From the NCBI GenBank assembly GCA_950097015.1, contig CATNEN010000041.1, forward strand, positions 1,798,001 through 1,862,000: a stretch of DNA of 64,000 nucleotides, written 5' to 3'. Below, piece by piece: positions 51,116 through 62,990 of this stretch. Position numbers and translations under genes: made by a program. Origin of the DNA: Macrostomum hystrix. Its lineage: Eukaryota > Animalia > Platyhelminthes. Positions within the stretch are counted from its first letter, which is position 1, and every line of letters begins with the position of its first letter. The notes below the pieces were generated by a model. The model searched no databases, was not told the origin of the DNA, and saw only the letters and a list, made by a program, of their open reading frames with translations.

Positions 51116-54100
51116 TCACAGCTCCTCCTTCGTGCCCAGCGCCTCGGCCGGCAAGTTGGCCTTGAGGAATTTCTCCAGCTGCTCGCGCTCGAAGCCGAAG
51201 CCATTGTAGAGGATCGGGGAGGACTTCTTGCCGGCGGCGGCCAGCTGCAGCAGGGTGGGCGTCCTGTTGCTAGGGTTGAAGAAGTAAGCGCCAGGGGCGT
51301 CGTTCAGCGTCGTGTCGACGTGGCCGACGGTCAGGCCAGGGTAGGCGGCCTTGGTGGCTGGGCTGGAGGCGAACTCGGACAGTTGGATGATGGCGTCCGA
51401 GCAGGCCGGCTTGTCTCGGTCGCATTGCAGCACCAGGCAGCTGGGCTTGCTGGCTGACAGCACCTGGGGATCGGGAGGCGGGCAGTGGTGCATTGCTGGG
51501 ACTATTCACCAGCATCTAAATCTCATTGCTGGAACTATTTACCTGCATCAGAATCTCATTGCTGGAACTATTTACCTGCATCAGAATCTCATTGCTGGAA
51601 CTATTTACCTGCATCAGAATCTCATAGCTGGGACTGTTTACCTGCATCAGAATCTCATAGCTGGGACTGTTTACCTGCATCAGAATCTCATAGCTGGGAC
51701 TGTTTACCTGCATCAGAATCTCATAGCTGGGACTGTTTACCTGCATCAGAATCTCATAGCTGGGACTGTTTACCTGCATCAGAATCTCATAGCTGGGACT
51801 GTTTACCTGCATCAGAATCTCATAGCTGGGACTGTTTACCTGCATCAGAATCTCATAGCTGGGACTGTTTACCTGCATCAGAATCTCATAGCTGGGACTG
51901 TTTACCTGCATCAGAATCTCATAGCTGGGACTGTTTACCTGCATCAGAATCTCATAGCTGGGACTGTTTACCTGCATCAGAATCTCATAGCTGGGACTGT
52001 TTACCTGCATCAGAATCTCATAGCTGGGACTATTTACCTGCATCAGAATCTCATAGCTGGGACTATTTACCTGCATCAGAATCTCATAGCTGGGACTGTT
52101 TACCTGCATCAGAATCTCATAGCTGGGACTGTTTACCTGCATCAGAATCTCATAGCTGGGACTGTTTACCTGCATCAGAATCTCATAGCTGGGACTGTTT
52201 ACCTGCATCAGAATCTCATAGCTGGAACTATTTACCTGCATCAGAATCTCATTGCTGGAACTATTTACCTGCATCAGAATCTCATAGCTGGGACTGTTTA
52301 CCTGCATCAGAATCTCATAGCTGGGACTATTTACCTGCATCAGAATCTCATAGCTGGGACTATTTACCTGCATCAGAATCTCATAGCTGGAACTGTTTAC
52401 CTGCATCAGAATCTCATAGCTGGGACTATTCACCTGCATCAGAATCTCATAGCTGGGACTATTTACCTGCATCAGAATCTCATAGCTGGGACTGTTTACC
52501 TCCATCAACAAGAATGGCGGCATTTTAATTTCAATCTAAAAAATCAACCACTAAAAAACTTCACAAAAAACTTCTTATTTCTAGGTCGCACTTCTGAAAA
52601 CAGCATCTTTTAAAATGTCCCTCATATAAAATGGCCTCCGCATTCCAACAGTTCCACCTGGACAGAAAGCCTACCTGCTCCTGGAAGCTGGCTCCTGTGA
52701 GTTGAAGCAGCGGTCCAGACTGGACGGCGCGAGCGATGGCCGAGCGAACCACCGGTGCGGCCCGGCCGGCCAGCACGCTGTTGACGAATTCAGACACATC
52801 ATCGGCATCGAAACTGTCTATCTCGGAGGCGTAGCGCCGCTTGTCCGAGCCGTAGCAGCCGAGGTTCAAATCCGAGCCGCTGTCCTCGAATCTGAGTGCA
52901 GAGAATTGGGAATTAGTCTAATAAAATTATTGCAACACAATTCGAAACACGCAAACTGGCGTAAACTAAACAAATATTAGACTGAAAATATTCCAACTAT
53001 ACTACTGCATTGGGAGCAGTGTAAGTAGCACAGAATGCGGGCCTCACTTGAACTTCTTGGCCTCCTCCTCCTCCTGCTCATCGTCAGCCATGGCGAACAG
53101 GACACGGCCGGAGAACTTGGCCGCCACCCTGGCGAACTTGGCGTGCCACATCCGGGTGGAGGTGCGCAGTTCGCCCGTGAAGTCAACGGTGAGGAAGAAC
53201 AGGCAGACTGGCAGCTCGGAGGCCTGGTAGGTGTCCTTGGTTCTGTAGGTCAGCTGGCCGACCAGCGGCAACTTGTTGGCCTCGTAGAACTTTTTGAGCT
53301 CGTCGCCGCTAGTCTGGGAGCCGGTGTACTTCACCAGCTTCGTCTCGCTGTCCGACGTCAGCTTGACGGGCTTGCGCAAGTAGATCTGGGGGATGCGGGG
53401 ACAGCGAGTTGGTTGTGAGAGAATCTTGATTGGACAGGAGTGCGAAAGGCCTCGTGATATATGAATGTACACAATCTGGCTTTTTGGATTGGCTACCAGG
53501 AATATAAAGCATGCCATTACAACAACGCATGTCAGAATTTTTTTAAACCTTAATTGGCTCAAGAATCAAGAGCAGCATGAAGGGCTAGCCAACAACAACC
53601 TGAAGTATTAGGGGCTAGCCAACAACAACCTGAAGTATTAGGGGCTAGCCAACAACAACCTGAAGTATTAGGGGCTAGCCAACAACAACCTGAAGTATCA
53701 GGGGCTAGCCAACAGCAACCTGAAGTATCAGGGGCTAGCCAACAACAACCTGAAGTATTAGGGGCTAGCCAACAACAACATGAAGTATTAGGGGCTAGCC
53801 AACAACAACCTGAAGTATTAGGGGCTAGCCAACAACAACCTGAAGTATCAGGGGCTAGCCAACAGCAACCTGAAGTATCAGGGGCCAACCAACAGCAACC
53901 TGAAGTATCAGGGGCTAGCCAACAGCAACCTGAAGTATCAGGGGCTAGCCAACAGCAACCTGAAGTATCAGGGGCTAACCAACAGCAACCTGAAGTATTA
54001 GGGGCTAGCCAACAGCAACCTGAAGTCTCAGGGGCTAGCCAACAGCAACCTGAAGTATTAGGGGCTAGCCAACAGCAACCTGAAGTCTCAGGGGCTAGCC

Positions 54101-56703
54101 AACAACAACCTGAAGTATCAGGGGCTAACCAACAGCAACCTGAAGTATCAGGGGCTAGCCAACAGCAACCTGAAGTATCAGGGGCTAACCAACAGCAACC
54201 TGAAGTATTAGGGGCTAACCAACAACAACCTGAAGTATCAGGGGCTAGCCAACAGCAACCTGAAGTATCAGGGGCTAGCCAACAGCAACCTGAAGTCTCA
54301 GGGGCTAGCCAACAACAACCTGAAGTATTAGGGGCTAGCCAACAACAACCTGAAGTATTAGGGGCTAGCCAACAACAACCTGAAGTATTAGGGGCTAGCC
54401 AACAACAACCTGAAGTATCAGGGGCTAGCCAACAGCAACCTGAAGTATCAGGGGCTAACCAACAGCAACCTGAAGTATCAGGGGCTAGCCAACAGCAACC
54501 TGAAGTATCAGGGGCTAGCCAACAGCAACCTGAAGTATCAGGGGCTAACCAACAACAACCTGAAGTATTAGGGGCTAGCCAACAGCAACCTGAAGTATTA
54601 GGGGCTAGCCAACAGCAAGCTGAAGTCTCAGGGGCTAGCCAACAACAACCTGAAGTATCAGGGGCTAACCAATAGCAACCTGAAGTATCAGGGGCTAGCC
54701 AACAACAACCTGAAGTATCAGGGGCTAGCCAACAGCAACCTGAAGTATCAGGGGCTAACCAACAGCAACCTGAAGTATCAGGGGCTAACCAACAGCAACC
54801 TGAAGTATCAGGGGCTAGCCAACAACAACCTGAAGTATCAGGGGCTAGCCAACAGCAACCTGAAGTATCAGGGAGTAACCAACAGCAAACTGTCGGGCCA
54901 CCAGAAGACCAGACAGCATGAACTCACTGTGTTAGTCACGAGTCCCAGCTGCTTGGCCAGGTCGGCGGACTCAATCAGGGCGCCCTCGACTAGGCTCTGA
55001 TAAATCAGGCCGGACTCGCGAAGGTAGTTGGAGAAGAACTCGGCCGACTCGGGCGAATCGAAACTGCCGATCAGAGCCGACTCAGTGCCGCCGCCAAGGC
55101 TGTCCAGCTCGGCCAAAGACTTCGCCCGTATCAGGCTGCTCGGGCCCGAGTGGGCCAGGTAGAAGTTGGCGAGGATTGGCCCGGACACGACGTGGCTGAA
55201 GCGCACTGGTCGCTGGGATTCGCGCTTGATCAGCATGTAGCTGGGTAGGGTGGTGGCCTGTCGAGATTAGGAAAATTTAACTTTGAGCAATAATTAGGTG
55301 CGCGCAGTGATCCCAACCCCATCCTGATCTTGGAGCATCAAAAAGTTACTACTTCACCCAAAAAACAATTGGCAGTCAAATTTACCCCGTAGAGCTTAGC
55401 CAGATCGGCGTCCTCTCCGGACACCTCAACGTAGCCCACAGCCTTGGGCTCCTTGCCGGACTTCAGCTGGTCGGCGGCTTCGCTTAGAGCGCTGAGGGCG
55501 GCGGTGCGATCCGGAGTAGTCGGATCGATGAAGCCAACCAGCCACAAGGCCTGCTTCTCCAGCTGCTCGGTGAGGTTGGCCTTGGACAGTTTGTGGAGGC
55601 CCTTCAGCACGCGGGCCGGCTTCCAGTCCGGCTGGGCGACAGTCTCCATGTACTTAACGATACCCTCTGTGTCTCTGGGGCCATTGTAATCAAAGGGCTC
55701 ACCAGGGAAGACCTTCTTGTAGATCTTCATGGTGGGATAGCCTTGGACATCATGCTGTGCAGCCAGGGATTCATGCACTGTGGCGTCCACCTTTGCCAGT
55801 GAGATGCCTTTGGCCTTCAGACGGCCAGCAGCGGCCGAGTATTGTGGCTCCAGTTGCTTGCAGTGGCCACACCTGCCATTTGGAGCAGTGTACGTAAATA
55901 GGAAATCTGATTCAAATTAGTTAAGAGAGGGTGCGAGAGCTAACCTAGTGACAATCAATTCTGGAATTTGCAAACCTCCCTTAAAAATCATAAATATGTC
56001 ATTTAGAGTCAACGTGAAAAAAACTTATTTATACTCAGGAGCAACTTGCTTGGTGGAGAATAATGCTGCATAGGTTGTTTGAAACCAAAAAGTTTTAAAA
56101 AACCGCTTTAAATTTACTTTTAAAATGTGAATGCGGTTTAAGTAGGGCAAAAGGGTTTCATTCTAGACAAGAAACTTACCAAGGAGCATAAAACTCAACA
56201 AGCAAGACGTCTTTCTCGTTAACCACATCTTGAAAGTTATCTTTAGTCAAGACCAGGACATCGCCTTCCTCTTTTACCTCAGCCAGTGAAGTAAGCACTG
56301 AAAGGTAAAGTATTAGTGAAACACACTAGCAGATTGATTTAAATGTGGTTTTAAAAACTGCAAGACAATTTTTTCAAGAAACTTATACATCGACATGGTA
56401 TAACTAAATAAAATTGAGTAAAGACTTCACTCAACTGTTTATAGGATCGAACATTTTATAACACTGAGCTATAAAATCATTTATTCTATTTTTAAAGTGC
56501 CCCAAGTGTAGCATTACAATATAATATAAAACACATTTACTTTTAAAGATGTAAAAAGTATAGTTTCGCATATGTAACGATTTTTTGGCAGTAGTATGAA
56601 AATTGTACAAAAACGGGCAACAAAAAGAAATTACCAACTTACCAAGCAATGATACGACAAGATGAAAAGCATGAAGCGCGAAAAACATAGATTTTTTAAA
56701 CAT
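51116..56703 (-). CDS. PDIA4: Protein disulfide-isomerase A4 (ERp72)-like, 632 aa, 7 exons, only one intact CGHC
   Basis: Exons 56703-56643, 56297-56180, 55872-55386, 55257-54928, 53385-53048, 52891-52675, 51463-51116, all in phase. Signal peptide, EFYAPWCGHCK, QPDWKP linker, LPLVG..VDF..W b' segment and C-terminal KEEL. Confidence 0.88.
51495..52505. repeat. 33-bp minisatellite (ATAGCTGGGACTGTTTACCTGCATCAGAATCTC), ~31 units, PDI intron 6
   Basis: Direct reading. Confidence 0.95.
53580..54890. repeat. 30-bp minisatellite (GGGGCTAGCCAACAGCAACCTGAAGTATCA), ~44 units, PDI intron 4
   Basis: Direct reading. Confidence 0.95.
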
Positions 56704-58418
56704 TTTGATTTTGAATCGATGACAATAAATCCAGCTAGATGGGAAAACTTTTGTAACTAAAGTCTTTAAAAGGCGATTACAAATGAAAACTATAAATATT
56801 AACTATAATTTCCAAATAAATTTAAATAAATTCACAAACGTGTCAAGACGCAATCAACTTGAACTTAGTAAAATAAAAGTTGTCACGCTTAACTGTAAAA
56901 GTAAAGCCAATCTGTCAGAAGCTGATTACGAAAAGCTTCTTATTACAATCCCTTTTTAGCGAATTGTAGTTTACCAAATTACAGATGCATGTATGCTTTT
57001 TTAGCCAAATTTTAAGCACCGTTTTTTAGAAAGAGTACATCTACATCTAAGCTTCGTCTATTTAAAATTAATCACGTTTCATAAAAATATTAGTGACGAT
57101 TAATCATATGATGTGTGATTTAGTGAATACTCAATTGCTCACAGTCCCATTTCATACCATCCATGCATATAATATCGTATGTAGCAACTATTTTATTCGC
57201 ACAATGAATGAAATGTGATAAAAAATGAACGCGGAGTTCGAGTATATTTGTTTATTTTAGACGTTTGCAACGTTTAATCTACGTATTGTGTCTGAAGATG
57301 TGTCTAAAAAACAATTTAAACTGTCGACAGTGGCATAGGAATGGGAGTGAGTCCAACGAAATAGATGTCATAACCAGAACCTAGAAAAGCATATTTTTGG
57401 ACCTGACTGCCATCATATTGCCATTGTCACCATAATTTATGATTCTATGACTCATCACCCTGGCATCCCCTACAATTATTGCCACATGTGGCTCATTGAC
57501 TATAATTTCAACCCCAGACAAAAACCCTGACTATGTCATTTCCTGTCAAAAAATATAGTAAAGAATGCTTTAAAACTTTTGCTATATCCTCTGTATGTAA
57601 CTATTAGATTATTTAATTACTTTATAGTCAATTTTGTTCCCATATAAAATCAAAAGCGACTTTTGGGGCAAAGCAATTTATTCATTTCCCAACTATTGAT
57701 TTGACAATTTTTGTCCTTTTTTAATTAGCCTTGCCATTGAAGAAGATTATATCACCAATTTCTCATGACAATTCATGTGGATTCCACTCAAATTTATACA
57801 AAAAATTCTCATTTGTGGGCAGTGCAAATGCAACTCAATGGCTAAGTATAGGCCTACTACTATTTAGAAAAGTGATAATTTTTTTTCTTATTTACTGACA
57901 GTAGGCCTAATATATTTTATTACTTTTAGGCTTTACAACTAAATTAATTACAATCAAGGTTATGTTAAAATCTTGGAGAATGCACTTTGAGAATTAACAG
58001 AAAAGTATCCCTTGATTGCTCTCTCCTATAGCAATTTATGCATGTAATCTAATTCTATATTACTTGTGAGGAGTCCCATTGCTGATATTTTTAATTCTGG
58101 TTGTGGACCATAGGGGCCTATAGACAAGTTTTTGAGAGTCTGGGTTAAAATCAAATGGAAATTTAGCTAAATATGGGAATAAAGAGGGAAATAAAGACAC
58201 AAGCCAAGGTGAGCTGAGAAAAAATCAAGTACTTTTTTGGAAGCTGCCATTGAGACAATTGCTTTGTTATACAAGGATACACAGTTACAATGCTATTCAA
58301 TTAAATGAATATATATGATGATTGTCAAGGTGAGATTAATAATAACCAATGGAGAATGGACAATATTTATGGTGTTTATTGCATTTAATCATAAATTAGT
58401 TTTTTATCAATTTTTCAG
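56704..58418. promoter_or_regulatory. AT-rich divergent promoter / 5' region between PDIA4-like and PNPO
   Basis: Head-to-head genes separated by a strongly AT-rich, repeat-free interval. Confidence 0.55.
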
Positions 58419-58478
58419 ATATTCCGACACCACCAGCAAATTTATCTTGGCATTGCAAGGCTTTCAAAGCAATCCAGG

Positions 58479-61065
58479 ATGCAAACAGATTCCACTGCAA
58501 ATCTCGGAGGTACTAAAAATCACTAGAAAATTTGTCTCATTAGCATTATAAAATATCCGAATGTTATCTTAACTCACGACTGGTTTAAGCTTGCCTTTGA
58601 AACTGACTGATTTCCTAGGATCCAGTTTTTTATTTATAACCTTGGTTAAAGCCTTAGCTAAAACTAGCTCTCATTTTCCGCAATTGCCAGACTGGCGCAA
58701 GCCGTACGCGGAGCGCTGCCAGCTGGAGGACCTGCTGAAGTCTGTGCCGGCGCCTTCGCCCTACAGCCTGTGGCAGCGCTGGTTCGAGCAGGGCACTACC
58801 GCCATTCAGGAAGCCAAGTCACCGAATGAGCCAAACCAAATGGCTCTGGCCACTGCCACCAGGTGGGTAACTGGCCATGCACCAGTGTGTCCTTGGTATT
58901 AAATAAGTTCACGGCAGATCAAAGGATTTCAGTGAGTTAGCGGTTGAGGCATGGACTTACGTGGTTCGGCATCTCATACTAGAAACTGAAAGAGCTGGCG
59001 GCAAAGGATCAAAGGATCTGAATCAGTTGGCTGGCGGCTGTTCAAAGGATCTGAATGAGTTGGCTGGCGGCTGATCAAAGGATCTGAATGAGTTGGCTGG
59101 CGGCTGATCAAAGGATCTGAATCGGTTGGCTGGCGGCTGATCAAAGGATCTGAATGGGTTGGCTGGCGGCTGATCAAAGGATCTGAATGGGTTGGCTGGC
59201 GGCTGATCAAAGGATCTGAATGAGTTGGCTGGCGGCTGATCAAAGGATCTGAATGGGTTGGCTGGCGGCTGATCAAAGGATCTGAATGGGTTGGCTGGCA
59301 GCTCAACAGCCAAATGGCAGGCGATCAACGAATAAAATTTTGTTAAAGTGCACCTTCAACCAAGCATTCTCACGAGCTATTATCCCTAAAACTTCACAGC
59401 GACGGCGTACCCTCAGTGCGCTACGTTCTGCTCAAAGGTCACGATGAGAAGGGCTTCTATTTCTACACGAACTATTGCAGCCGCAAGGGCAAGGAGCTGG
59501 TGAGGATAGGCGTCACGTTTCTCACTTTTCTGTGTCACATTGCGGGTCTTTGAATAAAAATGAAAAAAACTGTTTAGCTTTGTATTCCAAGGCCCGTCAG
59601 TAGTGCACACTAATTTAAGGCGCAGCTGGGAGTTGACAGCTGAGATAATTCAGCCTGGTTCATTGCAGGAGCTGCCCAGATTTGAAGGGCACTAAGAATC
59701 CTAGCCTAGCACTTCTAGAATGAGAAACCTTCTTCTATAAGAAGCCTAGCGACTAGCTGGATAAGCTAAGAAAATATTGCTTTTAAATCCATGTATTATG
59801 TTTACGTCACCATTGCAATCAACTCTGATTTCAGACCTGCATTCTAAATTCCCAAACCATTCCCCACTCCCTCTCCCTCTCCATCTTTCCACTCCTTTCT
59901 CCTCTTTACTCTTCCTCTTTGTCTCCTTTTACTCCTTCCTACTCCTCGTAAAAGAAACAAAATAACTTATGCGCATTCAATTCTTATCAACTTTAACATA
60001 ACTTATGCGCATTCAATTCTTATCAACTGTAACATAACTTATGCGCATTCAATTCTTATCAACTTTAACATAAGTTATGCGCATTCAATTCTTATCAACT
60101 GTAACATAACTTATGCGCATTCAATTCTTATCAACTTTAACATAACTTATGCGCATTCAATTCTTATCAACTTTAGCATAACTTATGCGCATTCAATTCT
60201 TATCAACTTTAACATAACTTATGCGCATTCAATTCTTATCAACTTTAACATAACTTATGCGCATTCAATTCTTATCAACTTTAGCATAACTTATGCGCAT
60301 TCAATTCTTATCAACTTTAACATAACTTATGCGCATTCAATTCTTATCAACTTTAACATAAGTTATGCGCATTCAATTCTTATCAACTGTAACATAACTT
60401 ATGCGCATTCAATTCTTATCAACTGTAACATAACTTATGCGCATTCAATTCTTATCAACTTTAACATAACTTATGCGCATTCAATTCTTATCAACTGTAA
60501 CATAACTTATGCGCATTCAATTCTTATCAACTTTAACATAACTTATGCGCATTCAATTCTTATCTACTTTAACACTCCTTCATTGCATTGGTTTCGCCCA
60601 TTGTCTCCAGAGTCTCCTATGGTCTCACCCGTCCCATCGCAGGCGGAGAACCCGCGGGCCAGCCTGTGCCAATACTGGCCGGAGCTGAACCGGTCCATCC
60701 GCATCGAGGGCCGGGTAGAGCGGACCTCAGCGGACAACAGCGAGGCCTACTTCCGCAGCCGGCCTGTGGCGAGCCAGATCGGTGCCGCGGTCAGTCCGCA
60801 GAGCCAGGTTGTGCCGTCGCGTGACTTCCTGGAAGACCGACGCCGCGAACTCGAGGCTCGCGTGGCGCAGGGCGAGTCGGTGGCCAGGCCGGAGACCTGG
60901 GGTGGCTACTGCGTGATGCCAACCTGCTGGGAGTTCTGGCAGGGCCAGCGGGACCGGCTGCACGATCGTGTGCGATTCCGCAGGCAGCAGGACCTCACAG
61001 AGGAGGAGCTCAAGACTGCTCAGCCTGCCGATGGAGGCTGGGTGTGCGAGCGGCTCGCTCCGTAG
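58479..61065 (+). CDS. PNPO: Pyridoxine/pyridoxamine 5'-phosphate oxidase, 241 aa from ATG 58479, 4 coding exons
   Basis: Exons 58479-58509, 58691-58862, 59400-59499, 60643-61065, in phase. Motifs [54 protein letters not shown]. Confidence 0.95.
59005..59300. repeat. 33-bp minisatellite (GATCAAAGGATCTGAATGGGTTGGCTGGCGGCT), ~9 units, PNPO intron 2
   Basis: Direct reading. Confidence 0.92.
59960..60573. repeat. 36-bp minisatellite (AACATAACTTATGCGCATTCAATTCTTATCAACTTT), ~17 units, PNPO intron 3
   Basis: Direct reading. Confidence 0.95.
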
Positions 61066-62469
61066 GCAATCTGACGCGTGTACTTTTGCAGTGCATCTTA
61101 ACTCTTATAGTACAGGCACGTCTTTAGCACAAATCATATTTGACTTGTCCTCATGGCGTGAATAGAACACATGCTCTGCTCACAATACGCCTCGTCTGTC
61201 CGTTTAAATCTAGATTGGCTCTGACTGTCGATCATGCTCTGATGATTTCGGAAGGGAAATTCAATTGAAAAAAGTTATGCTGAACTATATTCAATTTCTA
61301 AGTGTCACTGGTTAGACCAAGATTTCTGACTTCCTTAGTCTTCATGTAGTTATTCGTACTCTGTACTCAAACAGTAAATATATTTCTAGACTGTTTCTGA
61401 TTCGCGCAGTCACCGGTGTTTCCCATCATATCTTGAAGCTTTTATATTTTCTCATTTGCTTGTTATGAGCTGATCGAGTCTTTAATTGTCACGTAGCTCG
61501 TTAGCTCGTAGTAATTGAGGAAACGATACGCTTTACAGCATTTTAATTGTACCAGTACTAGGTTGCTTTTTTATTTAAATTAAAATAAAATAAAATTTGT
61601 TTGCCTATGAACAACTAGCTGCACTTTAACAATTCGCGCAGCAAAGAAAAGCTATAACAAGAAACTCAAATCAAACTGTTGGTAACACGTCTGACTTGGT
61701 TAGCGGTATGTAGCTTATAAGCTCGAATATGATGAATTAAACATTTACGTTGGTTGCACATAGTACCGCATTTCGTACGTGAAAAAAATGCACTTATAAT
61801 GTACAAACAAGCATGCTGTTTTGTACATGACAATTTGATCTTCATACGATTTTCTTTACTTATCAAGATCCGATTCACTGACACTGTTTTTACAGTTATT
61901 TTTATAGCTATTAATTCTTAATGAGCCTAACTTTCGACTTTTCAGTTGTGATAGTCTTTTTGACTTAGCATAATGAATTTTCATTATCTAGCCAAATTAA
62001 TTAAGCTTGTACGTCTTGTGGAGTTAGGAAGAAACAGCTAATACTGATTAATAATAAATAAATAAATAATTAAAAAATGCTAATTAATAAATACTTTATT
62101 GCAAGAGAAACACAAGCATAAAGTCAAGCTAATTTTACTAGTCTGTAGTGCATTAAATTTCGGACTTAAAATTGGTTATTTAGTAGGAAAACCGTATGAG
62201 GATCAAATTGTAATGTACAAACCGTTATAACATTCGGTAGAGCAAAAATTTAGGCAAGATATATCAAATGGAACAGCTTTGTATCTGCTTCCAATCAAAA
62301 GCTGTCACCTTTTAAAATCTAAAAAATGAAAAATTCCTATCTCCGTATTGTACTTTTTCGCGAAAACAGCCTTCAATTCTTTTCTAAGAAGAGTATACGT
62401 AGTTTCCCGTCCTGCTACTCCTAGTGGTCCCAGGACTACTTAAAATATCTTAAGTAGTTTAATTAGTTC

Positions 62470-62990
62470 CTGAGTGGTCATTGGCGCCTCCTCGATGATG
62501 CGGCGGAGTGTCAAGATCTGCGTCACAGTGCCGCGGTGGGCCCCGGAACCCGCTCTGTTCGTAGCGCAGATACGGGTCCAGCACATGCAGGCTGCAGGCG
62601 CGTGCAAGCTGCACCCTGTTAAACAGCTTGGCGGCACAGGACAAGAGCGACATCCCTCTGTGCTCCTCCTTCCGAGTAGTGCCAGGCTTCTTCGGGATGC
62701 CAACGATGTAGTAGGCTGTGGTCCACTCGCGGAGCGCGGCGCTAATTCAGGTCGCAGAAGAGCAAACGATGGTCGGAACAGACTTGCCAGGGGTTCGACC
62801 GTGTCGCAGTTGGTCAGCCGGCTGCGCTCACAGTGGCAAACCAGCACGGCTGCGCTCGAGCTGCGCCAGGCGGGTCGTGGCAAAGCCGCCCGCGCGTTCC
62901 GCCTCCTCCGCTTGCATCCGGCGAAGGTTGCCAGCTTCGTACGGCGGCTTGCAAAAGCGCATGTTGGCCGCGATCGTGTCCACACTAGGA
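62470..62990 (-). mobile_element. Degenerate RTE-like LINE fragment (RT subdomains 1-2)
   Basis: EWTTAYYIVGIPKKPG...HRGMSLLSCAAKLFNR...DPYLRYEQSGFR, then a frameshift to TQILTLRRIIEE. A GC-rich island inside AT-rich DNA. Confidence 0.75.

Noticed and set aside
51351-52613. 335-420 aa repetitive ORFs on both strands
   Set aside because: They come from the 33-bp intronic array of the PDI gene; the flanking exons join in frame without it.
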